From Blasia pusilla (Eukaryota), in the NCBI GenBank assembly GCA_050084515.1, contig CM114271.1, positions 744,001-808,000 on the forward strand: 64,000 bases of DNA. The letters run 5' to 3'. Positions 13,901 through 26,700 of this stretch are shown piece by piece. Below the pieces are notes generated by a model. The model was given only the letters and a program-made list of their open reading frames with translations. It made no database searches and was not told the DNA's origin. Made by a program: the position numbers and the translations under genes. How positions within the stretch are numbered: the stretch's first letter is position 1; every line of letters begins with the position of its first letter.

Positions 13901-15045
13901 AACGACTTGGAAATTGTAGACATGGTCAAGGGAGCTGCGGATCCAATTATTTGTTGTTCCTATAGGGCTAACCTTAGCATCTTACAGTATGATGCTTATA
14001 CTACTGTTCTGAATCTTATGTAACAGCTTGACCACTTTTGTGAATAGCAATAACAAATGACATGAGCGCTAGTTCAAGGGGCTCATCCAAAGTGGCGTCT
14101 AGTTTGTCCACTACTTATGTAATCATTGGTTGGTTGATTTTTGACAGATTGCTGTTTACGGTAAACCTTTTGTGACAGCATCCAAAGATACCTGGGATCT
14201 GTTGAAGGGACAGAAAGTTGATTGTCTTGTTCACGATGACCTTGTTTGTTCAATTCTCTTTATAGCATGCGGAGTTGGGGGTTCTGTCAGTGCCCTTGTT
14301 GGAGGCATCTGGACCTTTATTGCACACAAGGGTCTCACAATATCTATCGCAGTAATATGTTTCATTATTGGCTTTTCAATTGTAAGTATCAGTCTTGAAA
14401 CCTTTCTTCTATGTCTGGTTCTTATATACTCACTTTTCCAACATGCCTCATTATTTTTCTCTGGGTACCTTGTTTTTTGAAATGTTTTCGTCGAATTCAC
14501 TTCTCCCTGATATGGTGATTTGGTCAATTAATCTGTTGTTGGGTGAGGCAAAGAATTACGACTTTATGTTACTCCATACAACACTAAGATTAGTATTTCC
14601 TATTTTGAAGACTGTTAGAACTACCACACATAAGAGAACATGTGAGAAGATGCTATAAATCTTGACTCATTCATCAATAACTTTCATCTGGGATTTCAAT
14701 CATGTGAAAATATGTACTAGAAATAATGTGAGATGGTTATTGTAAGAGTTGATCGCTGACAGAGCCCCAAACTCAGGAGGGTCTTTAGCTCTAAAATTGA
14801 GATACTGTCTAAATTTTTGTCAGTTGAGTTTACTTTTTTTGTTTGCTTCACTGTGGCTGATGTGGTAAACATTCATGCAGAGTTATATCACCTTAGCGGT
14901 TTATGAAAGTGGTGTGATGACGTATTACGTTTGCTTTGCTGAGGACCCGGGCTTACTTCAGCGACACGATGGTCCTCTCTTTGAGAAAATGTGGGTTCGT
15001 CAGATGGAGTTGCAGCAAAATCCCTTGTCTGAAACCATGGCATGA
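7984..15045 (+). CDS. Choline transporter-like (CTL/SLC44/PNS1 family) membrane protein with a long Pro-rich N-terminal extension, ~1030 aa
   Basis: GT-AG exons in phase: 8524-10263, 11848-12272, 12723-13110, 13441-13557, 14148-14381, 14881-15045 (TGA). The first exon 7984-8019 (MDRRGLLKMSPE) is tentative; otherwise the start is ATG 8575. Family motifs: WKDMWFALVF, RIPFA, CLGSVCFGSL, NKLAYIQIAVYGKPFVTASKDTWDL, YYVCFAEDP. Confidence 0.9.
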
Positions 15046-16489
15046 ACCAGTTCCACTATAATCTTCCAGCAATGGGAGGTCTGAGAACAGACAGATCTCC
15101 AGCAATTTTACAACTAGACTCTTGGGTAAGATGATGCCGAACATTTCTCGTATTTGAGAGAAAATGTGTATCCAAACTGGTTCACCATCCCAGGACAGAT
15201 ATGAAAATGGAAGCTCAAGTAGATAAAATAAGCAAGCAAGTCTAAAAGGGAAGGCAGATAGAAAGGTGAATTGTAAGCCATTTGTGCATTTTGTGCAGTG
15301 TATACACTCATGAGTTGGGGCCTGTGTAGGTCAAAGCCATGATTAATTTTGCAGGCCAGTGTAGCTAGGATTTTATATGGCAGGTTGAGAGGACGAGAGA
15401 AAGTTCTCAGCAGCTTCAGTATCTGTTGAGGGAGCTGAGTGGGTTGATATTCCTGTGAGATCTTCTCACAAGATTTTCCTCAATAAGGTTTCAGTGTATA
15501 TAAACGCCAAATTTTCCCCGTGCCACAATTGCAAGATTAAAATTCGAAGGAAATATAATATCCACAGAAAATCACGAGAAATGAAACTAGCTCAAATCTT
15601 AATGTCAATTTTAACTAGGACATGAAAATGTGACTGGACTGAAACTATGTTGGAACTAGCCCAAAGTGAAGATATGTATCATTTGTGGCAAGATAGGAAT
15701 ATAGTACGTCACATCAGCACATGCAGCAAGAGAAAACAATGCGAGTATGACACTAGTTCAGGGAAATGATAGCAAAGCACATATTCCGTGTCCCTCAAGT
15801 GGCAGACATGTAAGCACCTGTATACCTACCAGACGAAACATCTACTCTTTCCATTGACTGAAGAATTATACCATAGCGTAAAAGTAGCCAATGCAGTCAG
15901 CATGAAAGCATTCATTCCAGAGCTTGTGACTTAGTTGATATGCCGTGCGCATGCCCAACGGAGGTGACCCCACTACTCATGTTTGACTGGTATGACCCCA
16001 CAGCTGAAATCGATTTTTTCCTCACACAGACTATAACCTTTATCGTAGAATACTAAAATTCCTCCATCAGGGAGAACTAAAATTCTCTCTGATGATTTAA
16101 AACTCAGGAAGTAGGAGATTCCTGTTTCTTCTCCCCCAATGGGGATCCCTGAGGAAACCCCCCCTCTTCCCTCCCTTCCCTCCCCTCTTGTACTAATGGG
16201 TTCCCTCATCTTTGACTCTAATCTTGGATTCCTTCTTAAGTCTGCACAATCCACATTAAACCAGAGTACGCCAGTGACATACAAAAAATGACATCTGAAG
16301 AATCGGGTTGGGGCTTGGTAGAGGCAAGACTCCAAGGATCCACCAAATAGTGGAGCGTCTGATGCCATCATAGTCCAAAACTAGACACCCATCTCTGCAT
16401 GTAGTCCCGTGAAATTTCATTCGAATATTGAAGATGATGGTGGCAGTCATCTCTATTAAACAAATCATTATGCAATTCCTTCGAACAGC

Positions 16490-16920
16490 GCACCTACATC
16501 TCAGGGATGATGTATATCCTCAATTAGAACTATAGCTGCCTAGTAATAGTGAACAATACTCCTGGAGCTATCCATCACCTATATTAGTACGATGAGTGTC
16601 TATTATGTGATCATCGAGAATAATACATGAACGTAGCACAAGTGTGGATGCAGTCGAACGTCAGTAAAGTGGACTACCTACACAGCACAGCTGCACAAAC
16701 ACTGCCCCTAAAGCTCAGGGATAATCCATGTCCTACATCAGTGCAATGACTGTCTAATATGTGGTAATCGTGAACAATACCCCCTAGAGCCCAGGGATCA
16801 TCCATCACCTACATTGGTCCAAAGAGTGTCTATTACGTGGTCGTTATCGAGAATAATGAATGACTGCAGTAGAAGTGTGCACGCAGACGCAGCCCAGGAA
16901 TGTGGGCTACTTACACAGCT
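16490..16920. repeat. Imperfect ~220 bp tandem duplication downstream of the 17-20 kb gene
   Basis: gtgaacaatac...atccatcaccta...gagtgtctatta.gtg occurs at ~16549 and ~16770. Confidence 0.7.
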
Positions 16921-16961
16921 CAACTGAGCAATGAATTTCTTTCCATGTACCAAGACTCTGG

Positions 16962-19900
16962 CTAGTAGGCTATGCCGCCTTTGATCCCTTCACCATCGTG
17001 CCTAAGGCTGTCCGTGAGCCAGTAGCCATCCCAGTTCCCACCCACTCTCTGCATCTCATCCAAAGACACAGGTCAATTTGTTACAGCCAGTGGTGAGCAG
17101 TGGAGCAGAGTGAGCTGCTCTTATTAGATACAAAGAGAACATGTCAAACGTGGAACCATTCCAAGAAAAACTTCCAGTATTTGTATATGGTTCACAAGCA
17201 TTTGGGGGCAAGGATAAGAAGAGGAAGAGTACATGAAAAACATGGCAAGATCACTCGTACTGACAACCATTCCAGGAATCTCATCCAGTAGTTGTATATG
17301 AGTCGCTGAAGTATCAAATCTTCTAGCATGAAAGGGGGAAACAAATCATCAGAATATCAAGGATTTCTCCAGTATCAAAACGCTATGTTGCTTTCATGAT
17401 ACCTGGACAAGCGTCAATTCAAAGATCTCCTCCTCGCCAGGTCGTGCTCCGGCGATCCAGACCCTTTGTTTGAAGCAATGCTACAAAAGTGCACACAAAA
17501 AGAAACATCAACTCTTCTTTTCAAGATTTTCCAAACACTTCCCTTTTGGCAACAAGGAAATAGCTAACATCTGCATGAGAGTTTGCTGATCCAGAATGTA
17601 ATTGCAGTTAAGAAGCTAATTTTCTGCAGGCTGTCTCCTTAGTTCTTTCTGGTGATGAGTTTGAGCTTCTGGGTGATACTCCAACCTCATTCAGGTAAAG
17701 GCTACTCAAGATCTGTCGTTCCCTGTGTCCAAGCAGCACTCGGTATGTGGAGTGATGAAAGATTCGTCGAAACCGCTCAAACTGCATCTCAAAAAGCAAC
17801 AGAATTGCAACAAGAAATTAATCTCAAGCAGTCCATGGGTATGAGACTGGTGTATCTTCAAGTGCTTCTGAATGGCAAGCTTTGCTTTGGTTAATAGATT
17901 GATTATATCTTAGACAATCACTCGTTTCCATGTGAAACTACTGCCCAGTTTCATTCAGACACATCTCATTTGACAGCGACAAGAACATTTGATGTGCATT
18001 TATACTGGTGCGGTTCTCTACCATTACCTGGCCTAGATCAAAGAATGGACCAAAATATCTCGACCTCTGAAAGGGATCAAATCCAGCGAACTGCACCCAC
18101 AAGCAGAACATCCCATCAAGTCAATGTCTTCCAGTTGGTCACCTTTCATGCAGATTATGGCTTGACTCCATTTACCATGAAGACTAATCAAGTACTTAAT
18201 GGAATCTGGGACAAAAATAGTCAGTGCATCTGATTTTGTCGATCCATGTAAACTACTTAGCCAAGTGTGAGACACATATGATACTCACCCTGTACATCAC
18301 TTCGATACCGTGATCTGGATAAGGCTTGTCATTGTCAAGAAGGGCGTTGAGTTGTCGAATTGTAGCCTCCTCAGCTGTCAACTAGAATCAAAGTGTCTTC
18401 AGTTATCCCTCGATCCAAGTGAATTCTCAATTGCTAGAATGTTTGTCACAGGTTTCACCCTAGGTTCACCAGGGGGCTGCCTACTGACAGATGTTCATCC
18501 TCATGAAGACCTCGTTGGCTTTGGGTTTATTATCCTGAGACTTAAGTTTGAGTTGCCCCCAGCCCCATCTTACACGTATCCAACGGCATAACCTTTTCAA
18601 AACACCGAAAGTTCTAAAAGAAGGACTTCGATTGTCTGGGGCCATGTAGTCCAACAGCTGTTCCAGGTGTTATTAGCCTTGTCTCTCGCTGTATTTCTGA
18701 AATTGAAGCCCAAACTAGCTGCACACCATGATTGACAATGCTTCCAATAGACGACAGGTCGTAGATAAATTTATGTAGCGATTCTACCAAGTGACCTGTC
18801 CCTCTTTCACAAAACAAGACAGCACTGTGTAGAAGAACACAGCAACTTCCCATGAACTTCCAGCTGAAGGTCCTTTCGCCCACCATTTATGATTGGGAGA
18901 GTAAATTGGGCATGTCCAAACCCTTTCATGGAACCATCTACCAAAGCAAAACTACAGTGATCTTGTTGTGAAGTGCGAAAGGGGAAAGGAGAAAAGGAAG
19001 TAAGGAAGTGACCCATACATCGAAGCTGGGCCCAATCGGCCTAGGCTTCTGCCCTTTACTCCTGCAGTCAATCCACAATTCGCCATTTAACACAGGTAGC
19101 ACTGTGGCTCAAAAGTGAGAGAGCACCAACAGTGAGAAAATCAAGTTCACGTCAAACTTGTAGTACAAGAAGCTCTCAAGCAGCTGACTCATAAGAATCA
19201 CGCAACCCCAACCTCATAAGGAAATTATAGTCCCAATTCGGATTTGAATAGGACGAACGGACTGCTCATACACACCAATTTCACAGAGTATGCACTTCAA
19301 GAGAGAGAATTGGTGGACCCAGATACCATGAGAAAAACAGTCCCAATTCAGACTTGAACTGGACGAACTGACTCACATGCAGCAGTTTCACAGAATGGGT
19401 AGATGAAGGGTGAGAATAGCTCAACCCAATCCTCATGAGTAAACAACAGTCCCAAATCAGATTGCTACTGAACGAACTGACTACTCACTTGCTCCAATTT
19501 CCCCGAGTGAGCATTGTTCCCACTCGCAGGCACTATGCTCACACAGTGGACAGATGAAGAATGAGAATTGCTCAACCCAAACCTCATAACGAGAAAGCAA
19601 TTCTGACTTGAACTTCACGAACTGACTCACATAGACCAAGACCAAGATCACAGGTCTTGGTCTATGAGGAGGAGGATGGATGACAAGGCACAGACTGCGA
19701 ATCTAAGATCAGTGAATTGGAAGGCATCATGAAGAAATGAAAACGAGAGAGGGCAGGGAGAAACGAAAGCGATGGTACCATGTGGCAGGAAGGAAGTCGG
19801 GAACTTCCATTGCACACGCGACTGAGGATTTCCTCTGACGCCGCTCAAACATAACCGAATTTCCCTGCCACCCCTTCCATTTCCGGTTGCACGAAGTCCC

Positions 19901-20029
19901 GAACGCAAACGATGCTGTGCAGCGGGGGCTCCACTGAAGAGCTCCGGTTCGCTGCAATCGCTCTATTGGGGAGCTGCAACGCCATGGGGAAACTGAGACA
20001 GAGACGGCACTCCAACTGCAGGCAGCCAT
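16962..20029 (-). CDS. Conserved plant plastid-targeted protein of unknown function, 236 aa, 7 exons
   Basis: Exons 20029-19779, 19061-19019, 18381-18289, 18090-18028, 17781-17686, 17480-17403, 17048-16962 are all GT-AG and in frame (711 nt). A Ser/Arg-rich transit-like N-terminus is followed by QLNALLDNDKPYPDHGIEVMYRFAGFDPFQRSRYFGPFFDLGQFERFRRIFHHSTYRVLLGH...RVGGNWDGYWLTDSL, which I recognise as a conserved green-plant family. Confidence 0.92.
19200..19640. repeat. Three to four imperfect ~110-120 bp tandem units in intron 1
   Basis: Recurring caaccc..cctcat..agtcccaa(t/a)tc.ga.ttg..ac.aac.gact at ~19230, 19340, 19448 and 19600. Confidence 0.7.
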
Positions 20030-20169
20030 GTGCTCGAACGGAAACACCCACCCTCAGTTTGTTACATATCACAACCCATAAGCCTCCGTTCTCTGCACTT
20101 CCAACTCTCTTCTTCAGTCCAATTCTCAGATTCTTCGCCTGAATCTCTCTTCTTCTAGCCCCCAGCACC

Positions 20170-21020
20170 CTCCAAACAGGGCGCGGGGTCTGCGGTCGCA
20201 AGGCTAGGAGACAGTAATTAACCAGTACAGTCTTTTCTGCACCTGAAACTCTTTCTTTCTCTCTCTCTCTCTCTCTCTCTCTCGCTCTTGCTCTCTCTTT
20301 CTTCTATCTCTGGCGCAAGGCTACGACAGGCACTACTTAATGAGTACAGTCTCTCTCTCTCTGGTCACTAGGCTACGACAGGCACGACTGACAAGTACAG
20401 TCTTTTCTTCTGCCCAATTCTCAATTTCTTCACCTGAATTCTCTCTCTCTTTCATTCATTCTCTCTCTCCCTCTCTCTCCATAAGCCAAGTCGGCTTCCC
20501 ATGGACTAGAAATCACCTCTTCTTCTCTCTCTCTACTCTGTGCTGATATTGCAAACACCGTCCAACCAGGGCGCGGGGTCTATGGTCGCAAGGCTACGAC
20601 AGGCACTACTTGATGAGTACAGTCTCTATCTCTCTCCATAAGCCAAGTCGGCTTCCCATGGACTAGAAATCACTTCTTCTTCTCTTTGCTGATATTGCTA
20701 AACTGGTAACACCAGAATTCTTCCGTAGCCTAGATTCATTGCGCAAAGCTTCCTCACTGGTAAGTCTATTGGGGATCCCAATCAAGTAAAGTAGATGGTG
20801 TGGTGAAGAGTTTCTTGGTTGACACTTGGAAGCTCCGTACCAACACGTTTTTTGGTCAGCACTCACACTATATGAGAGTGTCTCCCTCCTCTCATATGGT
20901 ACCTTCTTCACATCTTCCTCTCTCTACACCCATCCCAGTCTCAAACACCGTCCAACCAAGAAACTCTTCACGGTCGCAAGGCTACGACAGACACAACTTA
21001 ACGAGTACAGTCTCTCTCTC
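20170..21020. repeat. Repeated upstream module (4-5 partial copies) plus a (CT)n microsatellite at 20259-20283
   Basis: gcaaggctacgacaggcactactt.atgagtacagtctct-type unit at ~20198, 20315, 20370, 20588 and 20977; a longer duplicated block at ~20477 and ~20634. Confidence 0.8.
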
Positions 21021-21224
21021 AATTTCGATGGTCACAGCGTTTCTTTTTGGTTTTGCAGAAGAGGGCTTGAGCCAGAATTAACGCAGCTGAGGCAAAATGT
21101 GGATGGTGGATCTACAAAGACCAACCACGTGTCTTGGGTTTCTGCCTGACGCAATAGGGAGAGGTGTTGCTCTTGCTTGTGGGATCTTCCTAAGGGTGGC
21201 AGAGCCAGTCGTCATATGACGACA

Positions 21225-22150
21225 ATCGCTTTCCACTTTTGGCTGATTCTTGCGAGATGCAGAGAGGACTTCAGCTGATTCGTGGGGAACATTGGAAGGG
21301 AGCTTAGTACGACAATGTTGGAGGTTTTGGGTTCTCTAGCTCTGTTTGGGAAATATTCCCTTTGCATAACTTCAGCTGATGCTTGAGAACATTGGAAACT
21401 GCGACAGTGTTGAGGTTCTGGTTTCACAATCTCTCTTTGGGAGACATTCCCTTTCCACGTTTGGCTGATTCTTTGGAGATGCAGAGAACTTCAACTGATT
21501 CTTGGGAGGTTCAGATAAGATTGGGAGGATGGTTGACTAAGAAATCTTCTTCACCAGCTGTGTCTGGAATACACTCCCTTTCCACTTTTGGCTGATTCTG
21601 GGAAGATTCAGAGGGGAGAAAGGGTGATAAAGGTTTTGGTTTCGCCACATCTGTTTGGGAGTCATTCGCTTTCCACTTTTGCCTGATTCTTGGGAGATTC
21701 AGGGGTGAACTTCAGCTGAGGCTTGGAGAACATTGGAAGGAAGGTTCACTACCACGATATTGGAGGTTTTCAGTTTCACCAGCTTTGTTTGGGAGACACT
21801 CCCTTTCCGCTTTTAGCTGATTCGTGGAGATTCACTGGAGAACTTCAGCTGATTCCTGGGAGCTTCAGAGAAGATGGGGAGGAAGGTTGACTTAGAGTAT
21901 GTTGGGAGTTTGTGGTTAGACCGCCTCTGCTTCAGAGGATGACATTGGGAACATGATTAAGTGAGACAATGCTGGTGGTTGTAGTCTCACCAGCTCTGTT
22001 TGGGAGACATTCACTTTCCACCTTTGGCTGATTCTTGGGAGATTCAAAACACTGGGAGAAACACTAACTACCCAATGAAGGTTCTGGTTTCACCAGTGAC
22101 CAGGTACGTTTGGGAGACTTTCACTTTACAGATTTAGCTGATTCTCTCGA
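21225..22150. repeat. Degenerate tandem array, about 7 units with irregular 90-220 bp spacing
   Basis: The ctttccacttttggctgattc core occurs at ~21229, 21451, 21578, 21669, 21803, 22014 and 22123, usually preceded by tgtttgggagac. Confidence 0.85.
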
Positions 22151-23705
22151 GATTCGTAGAGCTTCAACTAATTCTTGGGAGTGTCAGAGAAAAGGTTGGA
22201 GGATGCTGACCACGACAAAATAATTAAACCAAAACCTCGGACATTGTCGTAGTCCATCCTTCTTCCCAATGTTGGTGATTTTGGTTTGTCACTACCTTTG
22301 CTTGGGGTGGCAGATCTGCAAACGCTTCTTGTATGAATCTACCGATGGGAAATCCCAAATTTCTTTCAGTGAAGGGAGATGAACTGGATCTTGAAGGTTA
22401 CGGTTTCACCCACCTCTACTTTGGGTTACCTTCCCGACAATATTAGAAAGACTGGATCTTTTGGGTTCTGGTGAACCCCAGTTTTCTTGCAGTGAAAAGA
22501 TGGACTGGATCGGTTTGACATACTAGTAGTTTGAATCCGCCAATGTGGAATCCTATAGAAGAGATCCGTCGTATGTTTTTAGTGAAATTAAAAAACAGAT
22601 GGAAGATATTTATTTTATGAACTACCAGATTTCTTTCAGTGCAAAGATGGAGAAAGCAACCAGGAGGAGACAGACAGACAGAGCTCCTTCATGCACTTAA
22701 AAACTCCAGACTAATCAAAGTCTACACGTTCATGGTGGTTCAGCTGTATCTCATCCATTGAGTGGCCTCTGGTGTGATCATAGCCTTCGACTTAGAGACT
22801 CGGTACCAGTCCTTGCAGTGCTGCCTCCTTCGAAGGTACTAAAGTTCCACTGCTCGGTTCTCTGAGGACAAGTATTCACGGTATAACTCAACTGTCGAAA
22901 GTTCGATGCCTTCCCACTCACTGGCCCTCGGCTAATTGGCATTCCTAGGAAATGCAGGAGGTCGCAATTTCCACAATCTTATTCCAATATGTCAGAGGCA
23001 AGAGAGAAATGAACATGCAATACAGATTTAGAGATGCTCTCTCTGGTCAAAATCAAAACGTGACGGGCTGATAAAACGCAGCTCAAAGGAGCTGTGTCAT
23101 ACATTTCATACTTGAACTATTCATGAGCACCAGCTTCCCAGTAATTGTAATTGATGAGGGAAGCTTGTACACCGGATTGACTATTGTCTGCTTTTAGGTG
23201 TCATAAAAGCATGGGACCTTGCCATTGCTCTTACAGCCTAGGAGTTAAAAACCTAAAACCTAAGAGACCCTTCTGTTGAGTCCTTAATGAACAGTCTTCT
23301 AGCCCTACAATGTTTCCTCTGCATTGATTGTCTAGATTCTACACAAATTCTTGTCAAATGTAACACCATCACATAGGCTTCCGACCCTGCCTGGCTCCAT
23401 GCCTTCTTTGTCACTTTCTATGACACATGAGAACAAGCAAATTGTTCATTCTCTGATAAGTGTCTTTTTACCTTTGTAGTGGCTTTGATGGCATTCTCCT
23501 ACGAGTGGAGAGACACTCTTTGGTTGTGGTGGCTGGAGCATCAGGTGCAATATGCACTTGAATAAAAGATCAAGTCCCAAAGCATCTCTTGAATGGTTTG
23601 AACCCCATCTCCCAATTGACAGAACATTCAACAAGACTTTTACTTAATTCCATGCACTGCTAGCCTAAACGTAACTTCTAAAGCATATCTCCGTGTCCAT
23701 ACCTT

Positions 23706-26700
23706 CTAATAACTGGATGAAGCCATATTTTGAGCCCTGAGTCGCTCAAGTCTTTTTACAATAGGAATTGTATCAGAATATCTGCCAATGTTCATCAGCA
23801 ACATGCTTAGCACATCAAGAGCTTCCTCTATATCTGGATGGTCGGGCCCAAACTCCTTGTCTTGTATTTCTATAACCCTGTACATAAGGTGCACAGCCTC
23901 CTCATCTCTTTCTGATTGATGGAGTATAGAAGCCAGTTGGCTGCATGCCTCTCCTGAAACATGGAGAAATAATGGTGTATGTCATCAAACTGCACCTCGG
24001 ATAGAAAACAGAGCAAAGTTCACAGAGGCGAAAGAAAGCCGAAAAATGGTTAACCAAATTAGAAAGCACAGGAACTTTCATGGAGATACAGATCACGACC
24101 TGGACTTGACCGCTCACTTCATTTTATGGGATCATGGATAAATCTCAGAACTCAAGGATGATGAAGACCTGAAGAGATGCCAGGTCTTGGCTATGTCTCT
24201 TTGGGCTTCTTGTTCCAGGTGGTCTAAACCATCATTTGATATTGCCATGTCCAGGGCAACAAGTCATGCTCGCATTAGGTAATCAAGGCTGAAAATTGAA
24301 AGCTAAACAGCTCTTTGACAGGAGTGGTGTGTACAGCACCTACAACACTTTCAGAGGGACAAGTCCATGAAATCCAAATACCCATGTATTCTCCCCACAA
24401 AGATCTGAAGCATTCTCGTGACTTTATGAAGGAGATGCTGATTGGTTCACTTACCCTTTCTACTCCAAGGGGTCTACCAGAACTATGGCTGTTAGCTCTG
24501 TAACCAGGGTCCTCATCCAGCATACCCTGAGAAATCAGAGCAGTGCATTCAGAATCATCAGTGTTGATTGTCTACAAGGTATTATGTCCAGGGCCTACTC
24601 TTGGGAATACAGGATCATGACAAAAGGAAATTCCTTCTCTTAGTCTGATAGCCTTCGAATGCCCGTCGATCATAAAGCACCTCGTTCATTCACCAGTACT
24701 CTACCGTTATTTCGTATCCTGTCCTTGCTTTCCTGCCTCTTGGCCCCTGGGCTGGCCAGAGGTTAAATTAGTTCAATAATAGTACTGGGAAACCTGCCAC
24801 CCTTGACAACGAAGATAAGGTGGCTGTTAAAGTACTGATGTGCTACAAGAATAATAGAGACCGTGACTAGAACTCACCAACACTTATGTGGTGCTTCCCA
24901 AAAGCCTTTTCTCGAATCCGAAGTGATTCACGAGCAAGAGGTTCAGCCTCTGATTCCCTGTCAGGCTGGGAGTGCAATAACGTGGCTAGAAGCTGTAAGA
25001 TAACTGAAACCTGAGGAGCATCCGGGCCCAAGTTTGCTAGCAGAAGCTGTAAACAGCGCCTTAAAGCGGACTCTGCTTTTTGCAACTCTCCCTCCTCAGC
25101 ATACTTCTCTGCCAACTTCTCCAGGTGTTCCACCAGCTGAGAAGAAAAGTACTCCAACGACTTTTTGTCTTTGAGATCTAATCCCTTCAGAACTTCATTC
25201 ATCTCTGTTTCCCTGCAATTGGGGAGACCGGAAACTGACCGAGTGTGAGGTACGCTTGCTAACAAGTAATGTTATCAAAATGTTGACACATGCATAGTTT
25301 GCTTGTGTATCATTGAAATCACCGGGAGTAACAAGTACTAGTATCAGAAAGTTAACTCACGTATCATTGAAATCATCAAAAGTTCTTGGGATATGCAAAA
25401 ACAAACCAAAATAGCACACACCTTCCCAATACATTGAGAAGAGCTGCTAAGTCCATGCGGATAGTCTCTAGAGACTCATCTTCTGCAAAGTCACTGCAGC
25501 TCTCCATAACTTGTAAACCTTTTCTATACCAGTCTACCGCTGCATCAAATTCACCTGGACATTGCAAAAGGTCACGGAAATGGTTTGAGAAGCCAGCTAT
25601 ATATCTGAATTGCAAAAGATCATGGAACGGTCTGAAAGGGAAGTGAGCTCCTCTTGCCTTTGTTCTTGCATCCTCCCACCACCTACTAAGAGAATTCAGT
25701 GTCCCTCAAAGAAAAGATAAGATCCAACAAAAGCAACAACTTACAGAAGGAAATCCAAACCAATGCAAAAAGACACTAGCGAGACCGAATCTTAAAACCA
25801 GGTAAGGAGATGTGCAATAGGGTGTACTCAGATGTAAATCATTAGTCTAGGGACTATGAACAGCATGTCACAAATAAAACTGGGATCACATTCTCAGACC
25901 TCATGATCTCCTGTACCATTAGCATAGATGCTGACCACTACCACCTACAGACATTCTCTCATTGATGTTAAAGAAACAGAGTCCCTTACATAACAATAAT
26001 AATACCAATTTCTACTGAACATCAGAAATATAAAGACATTGGATATTCAGGTGTGAACAGGCCATCTGTATTGACTAGTTCATTATTAGCGATGCAGTGT
26101 GAATCATTCATAGGACGAGTTAATAGACAAGCTAACTACTCTCAGCCATCCACAGGTGGTAGGAGGTTTATCTAGGATGCATTGTGGGAGCAGCTCATTC
26201 TTCTGTAGATGGATCCGCCTCTGTTGGTGGTTGATCAGGGGGGGGAGGATTGGAGTGACATGGACATGGGATGTAATTCTGCCATGTAAATGAAGTGTCT
26301 GATCCGAGACAAAGAGGCATAGCTCTCATAAAAGAGTTGTGCCTGTAGGTGAACCAAAATGATCCATAGCTTAGTCTTGAGGGATCACGACTTACATTTA
26401 GTCCTGCCAACAAGGCGTTGGAATCACTTTTGAAACAGGCCCATTGCATCATCTCCTGTGTGCTCTATGTCTGGTTGTGTTCTTGATCCTCAATCTTCAA
26501 CCCTTACTACGGACTGAGTGAATTCTTACAAAAGACTTGCAGTCCACATAAAAAATGAGCATGAACACAACTTCTGAAAGATTTATTCAAGCACAGAGGA
26601 GAATGAAACACCTTTAGAACTTTTAACTTGGGCAAGTACGCATGCTGCTACTCCATATCTTCCATCAGTATCACCATAGGTCTTTTCAGTCAATGACAGC

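Noticed and set aside
21225-22150. CRISPR-like repeat/spacer look
   Set aside because: Repeats are degenerate, spacers are homologous to one another and irregular in length, the context is eukaryotic and there are no cas genes.
24453-24530. Possible extra TPR exon (AG...GTAAGT, GMLDEDPGYRANSHSSGRPLGVER)
   Set aside because: In the required phase it hits a TGA, and the flanking exons already join in frame. At most it is a poison exon, with no support.
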